DNA of 57,641 nt, filler included, from Platydemus manokwari (lineage: Eukaryota): the NCBI GenBank assembly GCA_037951405.1. It is 5 parts of 5 records of this genome, joined end to end, with 100 filler letters (N's around TTAATTAATTAA, not from the genome) between each part and the next. Parts side by side here need not be neighbours in the genome. Positions count along the whole stretch, not along the records: positions 46,776 to 57,641 come from JBBMOY011099663.1; 4 more parts are not named here. The stretch is one strand, 5' to 3'. Below are positions 51,589 through 57,641 of this stretch, piece by piece. The translations under genes were made by a program, and so were the position numbers. The first letter of the stretch is position 1. Each line of letters begins with the position of its first letter. Below the pieces are notes generated by a model. The model was not told where the DNA came from and searched no databases. It worked only from the letters and a program-made list of their open reading frames with translations.

Positions 51589-52969
51589 TAATAATATCAA
51601 TGAACTAATTTATTTATTACAAACACGAACCAAGCAGTTGACATTATAAAGTAGTTTTCATTGCTAATATCTACTACATATTTCCTCTCACATTTCGTAA
51701 TTCAGGATAGCTTTGAATCAATAAATTAATGTTGTTGTTTAAGATTGAAACACGCTAGATTTATGTTTGTTACAAATACATTTTTAATTTTAAAATTAAA
51801 TTTTGTTTAACTAGATGTCATTTCTCTTTTTAAACTTTCTATTTTAGATCATAATAATATAATATTTTATTTAATCAATATTCTGGGATTAGTTCTCATT
51901 TTGATCATAAATATTGGTTAATTTTCAAACAAATCTAATAACTATAGGTTTTCATTCGTGGCAATTTAACATTTTATAATTAAAATATTTAATGATAGTA
52001 ATATTATACACATATTGTGTAATTGTTAATTAGTTATCCATATAAAGAAATAAACATAAATTTCAATTCGTATTTTATGATTTAGTCCCAGCTAACACAC
52101 ATCTGAGAAAGTTAATGCCAAAAAAATATTATATATCTTCTGAATAGATTAAGATTTATGCTTAGACAATTATGTATTAAGTTCAAAGCAAAAAGTACAA
52201 TAATCATTTATAGAATATCGTATAGAGAAAATAGAAAATAAATAAGAATGTGATGAATAAAAATTTATTTAATAATTTAATAATAAAATCTGTATTTTAT
52301 AATTTAATCGCAGATAACAATTCTGAGAAAGACAAGGATTTATATTTGGACTTTATATCTAGAAAATTCAAAAATAGAATGGAATAAATATTTAAAGAAT
52401 ATCATATATACATAATTTTTAAAATGAATAGGAATGTCATAAATGAAATATACATAACAATTTTACACTGAACAGTTCATTTCCATTTGTCTGCAAATGG
52501 TGTTCAGTATTTTTGGAATTGAAAATTCTTTTAATAGCGCTGTGCTTTTTATATTTATGGTGTTTAAGATGATTTATATCTGCAATTTCTGTATTTCTTT
52601 TATTGTTAAGTAATTTCTTAATTCTATTATGATTATATATAATAAGATGTATAAAATAATCATTATTAATGGCGATTAGTATAAACAACGTTATTTTGTA
52701 TCACCATTTTGAGTTATATTTAAGCTCTAAACAAGTTTGTTAAAATTATAATTATGGAAAATTATAAAATTATATAAAATCAAAAACAGATATTGAATAA
52801 TATTATGATAAAAAATTTGATAAAATCTGATATTATTAATATTGAAATTTTGTGAATTTATTTCAATTTTTTCTTTTTCTCTGCTCATTTGATTTAGAAA
52901 ATATCGTTATATTATCTTTCCAATCTTATTCATATTTTTATAAAAGATAGAAGACCATGGTTAATTATT

Positions 52970-53750
52970 CATTGAAAACCACATTTATGGGAAACAATTT
53001 CAAATGTATCTCTTCATAATTCAATGCAATTGAAGGAATAAATGAAGTTCACTGTTAATCGAATTCCGTAAACCAACTTTATTATTAAAATTTTTAATTT
53101 TTCAATATTTTATTTCAATTTTCACTTATCCGCTTGCTACCATGTTGACCACCATGACAATTACGTGTTTATTGTGAATTTGTATTGCTTATAACGATTG
53201 TGTAGTGTGTAACTGCAATTATCCAATTCCACATCCTTTTTATATCAATTTAATTAGTCGTGAAAATAACGTAGCACGGGGCAACCTTGAAAGTGTTAAA
53301 ACCAGATTTTATGCGAAACAATTACAAAATTGCTGATAATTCAGCAGAATTGAAGGAACACATAACGTTCATTGTAATATCTAACAAAGAATGAACTACT
53401 TAAGTAACCATCATACACTCAACATTAAAACAAATTTTCAACATCTGATATCTAAGACATTTCAAAATATTTCTTTATTGAAAACCACATTGTATTGGAA
53501 ACAATTTCAAATGTGTCAGCTGATAATTCAATGCAATTGAAAGAATAGATAATGTTCATTGTTTAAGAAATTTACAAAATAATGTAGTCTATTGACATTA
53601 TTTTGTAGATTTCAATAGAATTGAAGGAACAAATAATGTTCATTGTAATATCTAACAAAGAATGAACTACTTAAGTAATCATCATACACTCAATATTACA
53701 AATTTCGTTCAACACTTGAAAATCTCAGATATTTCAAGATAATTCCTTAC
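52970..53750. repeat. Nested tandem repeat: ~270-bp period with a 36-bp core present 4 times
   Basis: Core TTCA..G/CAATTGAA.GAA.A.AT.A.GTTCA.TGT at ~53020, ~53340, ~53527 and ~53611. 53340-53470 is about equal to 53611-53745, and 52970-53058 to 53477-53565. Confidence 0.85.
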
Positions 53751-54343
53751 TTCGAAACAATGGATTCTTGTAGTTAAGAACGAAATAGCAAAATTATTTT
53801 TGTTTTTTCGTGGTGTATAGAATAATGGTGATTATAACGTCATTGCAATTTAACTTAAACATATGATATCAAATATTTATGAAAAAAATATGAAATCGAG
53901 TATGTTAAGAATAAATATATCTTTAATTACTGATATCCGATAAATTTTCTTGATTTTTATGCATTTCCATTGAAAAAGATGTGAAAATTTTAATGTTTTA
54001 ATTTAATTTTATTTCCGAAATAAAGTTATCAATAATAATAAAATTAATTCCTGTCATGGCGCTGAAGATTGTCTGATAATAAGTGCCTCTTGGTCATTAT
54101 TTATTTCTATTATAAATTTAAATATATTTACCCAATTAAATGTCGTTATATATTCATTAAGATAATTACCGTAATCACCCAAGTATAATGCTCCCATTTC
54201 CGTCTCAAATTTCAACATTAAAAATGGGGGGAGTATTATACTTGAGTATGTAAGAAAGATCAAATTGCGTAATGATTATGTAATAATATAAGTATGTTTA
54301 TTAACAATTTTTAAACGACAATCATTCTGATCCTCCAACAAGC

Positions 54344-54529
54344 ATGACTGACACGTCAGAATTTAATATGGATAAAACACCTTTGTGTTTTGACATGCCT
54401 GGCAGGAAAACAGCTGAGCCTAAAGGTAGCAGAACTGTCCAAATCAGAACAACCGGATATGAAAAGACATACTTCACCGCAGTCCTGGCCTGCATGGCTG
54501 ATGGAGCTAAACTCAGAAAGTTTAACTGA
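54344..54529 (+). pseudogene. pogo (POGK-like) transposase DDE fragment
   Basis: NMDKTPLCFDMPGRKT....GSRTVQIRTTGYEKTYFTAVLACMADGAKL matches the pogo NMDETP..FDMP...TTGHEK..FTV.L.C.ADG.KL block. Confidence 0.85.
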
Positions 54530-55329
54530 TATCAATGATTTTCATAAATCTTTCATAAATATTTCAAATTAATTAGCTAAGTTAGATTTTCTTTCGTTAG
54601 AATAGCTTTTCACTTTTATTAATTTATTCCTAATATTTAATATAAACATAATTCACATTGACGTGTTACTTTTCGTTTGTGTGCAAATGATGGTCAGTTT
54701 TTTTGGAATTGAAATTTTTATGAATAACGTTGAGCTTTTATATTTTGCTTAATATTGCTTAAGATAACTTTTATTTGTCATATTTCTCTTTCTTTTGTTA
54801 TTTGGTAATTTTCTTATTTTATTGTGATTATATATGAAGAGATTATTACTATTAATTCTGAGTTGTATATAAAACATTATTTTATATCACTGTTGTGAGT
54901 CAGATTTAAACAATGAACTAATAATGATTATTATATAATTATATTTTGGCATATAATTATAACATATTAAAATAATCCAATTTAAATTTTAAACTTCACA
55001 ATAATAATGAAAATTATAAATTCAAAAGAAATTTGTATTTACATTTGAAAAATTTATTAAAAAATAAAAATTGTAAATGATAAAATTAAAATACTAAATT
55101 TGTAATTAAGAATCATCTTAACGTTATTATAATTAATAATATTAAATATCTTCCCTTAACAAACTACTTTTGGAGAATTGGGAAAATGTGATGGTTAAGA
55201 GTTGATTCGGTCCTTCAATAGCTTTAAAATCAAACATATCGGATTGGTCGAAGTATTTTTTTTATTAATTGAATTGCAGAATGACATTCCTTTCTAGAAA
55301 CACTTAAAACATTATGAACACCATTATCT

Positions 55330-56520
55330 TATGATTCATTTTCATCATCATCTAACGTGTCATTATTTGTAAAAACCTTTTGAGTTCCAGTGTTTTCTTT
55401 CAGATTTTTATTTTCAAATTCAAATTCCTCTTTTAAAATTACATCATCTTCAGTTAAACCTAAATTCATAAATTCGTGTTCACTAAGAAGATCTAGTATT
55501 GCTTTACAAATAAATTCATTAAAATTATCAACAAATTATATTTTAAATTCACCACTTTCCTTATTGGTCCATTTAGCTCAAAAAATAGCTCAAAATTGTT
55601 GACGTTGTTATTTCATTTCAAGAAAGTGTTAAAAAAAATTGTGTCTTTTAGAGTTAATGTTTTATAAGCTTCAAGTATAGATTCTCCGCATTTCATTTAT
55701 TCAGTTATGTCATTTAATTTGTTTCTAGTAAAAATTGTTTAAAAACATTTTTATAATGCCTTTGTCAAGTGGCTGTAACGAGCTGGTTGAACTAGGAGGT
55801 AAAAATGACACATCAATCAATTTAAAGGTTACTTGTATTCTATTCGATGTGCAGTTATCTATAATCAACAGAACTTTTTTGTGGAATTTAATCGGTTTGA
55901 AATCCCACTCCAATAACCCAAAATGTTATTAATCATCCATGCATTTGAAGAACTCCAGGAATTAACCAAAGAAGAATATGAGAAATCTTTTAAACACATT
56001 GCTTTAGAGAATTTATTTATAACAACAACGCGAAATAAACGAGATTTTATTTTTCAATATTATATAACCAATATTAACATTTTTATACATTGATTTAGAC
56101 GGAATAAGTTTGTTAAAGGTGCCTGTTTCTTCATCATTATAAGCATTTTTAGGTTCATATTAGTCATCCCTAGATTTAGATTTATTTTAAAAATCTTAAG
56201 GCTGTATGGCTGACATTCATAGTGTCGATTTCTTAATTTCAATAAATTTTTTTCCTTAAAACACTTAATCACCAATTTGAGGATATAAATTCTTGTATTC
56301 AATTTAAATCACCCCTTTAAACTACCTTTTCCTTTACTATACTATCCGTAATTATAGAACCTCTTCAAGTCTTTAAACTCATGCAGACAATTTTTTGTCT
56401 ACAACACTAAACTTTAAAACAGGAATTCGCCAACTACTTTTGTGTACAAGGTTAATATTTTGAATAAAAAATCTTTGTTTCTTCTGATATAATTGACAGT
56501 TCTTGTTGAAAATTATTTTA
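55330..56520 (-). pseudogene. Tigger/CENP-B family DDE_1 transposase relic
   Basis: KVLLIIDNCTS....FLPPSSTSSLQPLDKGIIK..F (ORF 55725-55913). Upstream, frameshifted NADE.G-like, AWM and F.SS.W HTH-CENPB-like motifs. Confidence 0.85.
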
Positions 56521-56649
56521 AAATTTACCTGAGAAAACCTCTGTTACCATGTTATCTGAATATGCAGGATAAAATTCAATGTATTTCAAAATTTCAATTT
56601 TTTCAACAACAGTTAACTTTGCACACTTTCGTTTTAAAAATTAATAGAA

Positions 56650-57641
56650 ATGATGAGAAATAATAATCCAATACCTGAAAAAACTTTCAATGAAACTCAT
56701 TTAAAAAGAGTAGACACGAATTCATTATATTTTCTGTTACCTTATGAAGATGTGGAATGGAGCGATGATTTAACTTATGAAAGAACAGCGAAATTTAAAG
56801 AGGTATTTGATGAAAAAAAAATTTTTATGAAGTTGGTTTAGAGAATCCTGAAAGTATTCATGAAATAGCTAAATTTTATTCTTTGACTCCAAATAAAACA
56901 AAAGGAAATTATGAAATGTTATCTCCTTATCAAAAATCATTCAATAATAATATTTTTTTCAGAAAAGTTAATGCCAACACAAGAATATAATAATAAATAT
57001 ATTGGTTGGGAAATTATTTAGGTTTCTGTTTAGATCAAGGAATGATATTAAATAAAGATTCATAGAAAATTAATTATAAACTAAATGTTGGTTAATAAAT
57101 TATATAAAATTTAATATAAAGCAAAAGAACATTGCAAAATTAAATAAAGATTCAATTGAAATAGAATTATTTAAATTGTTGTCTAATTCATTTATGTTAA
57201 GACAATAGAAAATCCCCGATAAATGCAAAATATAAAAATATTCAATAGTTATAGAGAACATGAAAATTTAACATCTACAGAAGATGTTATTGCTGTGCTA
57301 TGAAAAAGTCAAGTATTTTAGGTGATAAATTTAAATAATCAGGATTTGTTAATTTAGAATATGCAAAATAAGATATGTATGATTTTGCATACAATGGATT
57401 GGAAAAATATTTATAAGGAAAATATGAAGTACATTATTCAGACATAGATCGTTTGTTTAGAGAGTTTGTATTAAATGAAAAAGAACTTTAGATGATGTAT
57501 TAAATAAAATAAAAGAATTTATAGATAAAGAAATATTTCAATTAGGGATGAAAGATCTAATGAGACTCCTAATATTTCACCGTATATTAAAATTGAATAT
57601 TTAAAACCATTACCAAATTTAGTCAATTTATTTTTTTAATT
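56650..57641 (+). pseudogene. Polinton/Maverick-type protein-primed family B DNA polymerase, disrupted, running off the window
   Basis: Ordered pPolB motifs across frameshifts: VDTNSLY..LP.EDVEW (motif I), KLMPT...KY....LGFCLDQGMIL.K, ELFKLLSNSF (KxxxNSxYG), GFVNLEYAK..MYDFAYN, VHYSDIDRL (YxDTDS). Confidence 0.8.

Larger units (their letters stand above)
52440..54910. repeat. Pair of diverged ~280-bp direct repeats (52440-52730 and 54640-54910)
   Basis: Colinear shared blocks, e.g. TGCAAATGgTGtTCAGTaTTTTTGGAATTGAAA vs TGCAAATGaTGgTCAGTtTTTTTGGAATTGAAA, and TGATTATATAT in both copies. Confidence 0.7.

Noticed and set aside
52970-53750. CRISPR-like 36-bp repeats
   Set aside because: Eukaryotic context, irregular 84-320 bp spacing, duplicated spacers and no cas genes.
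1-57641. tRNA, rRNA, snRNA, spliced-leader RNA or telomeric arrays
   Set aside because: None recognised by eye; an Infernal/tRNAscan-SE run would be needed to exclude divergent ones.

Overview
This is AT-rich metazoan genomic DNA with many 44-65 nt GT-AG introns. A motile-cilia dynein is present, and the overall look is planarian-like (inference, not proven). The window is five contigs joined by artificial 100-nt N gaps containing TTAATTAATTAA, and genes are cut off at several joins. Spliced genes reconstructed by hand are: argininosuccinate lyase (15 exons, minus) head-to-head with the 5' part of an outer-arm dynein heavy chain (DNAH5/8 type); FKBP6/Shutdown-like co-chaperone; class I PITP (minus) head-to-head with a divergent galectin-fold gene; the 5' part of a Bak-like Bcl-2 family gene; CapZ beta; a 5'-truncated gamma-glutamyltransferase; and a secreted C-type lectin-PAN/apple fusion. 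Non-genic DNA holds many mobile-element relics: a Charlie-type hAT MITE with a perfect 8-bp TSD, a Tigger-like MITE, three LTR-like units, Tc1/pogo/Tigger transposase relics, an RLE-type non-LTR retrotransposon relic and a Polinton/Maverick pPolB pseudogene. No complete novel multi-gene system is demonstrable. The best leads are the galectin-fold protein lacking sugar-binding residues, the palindrome-rich, apparently spliced LTR-like unit, the RFX X-box cluster extending into the ASL intron, and the CTL-PAN lectin.
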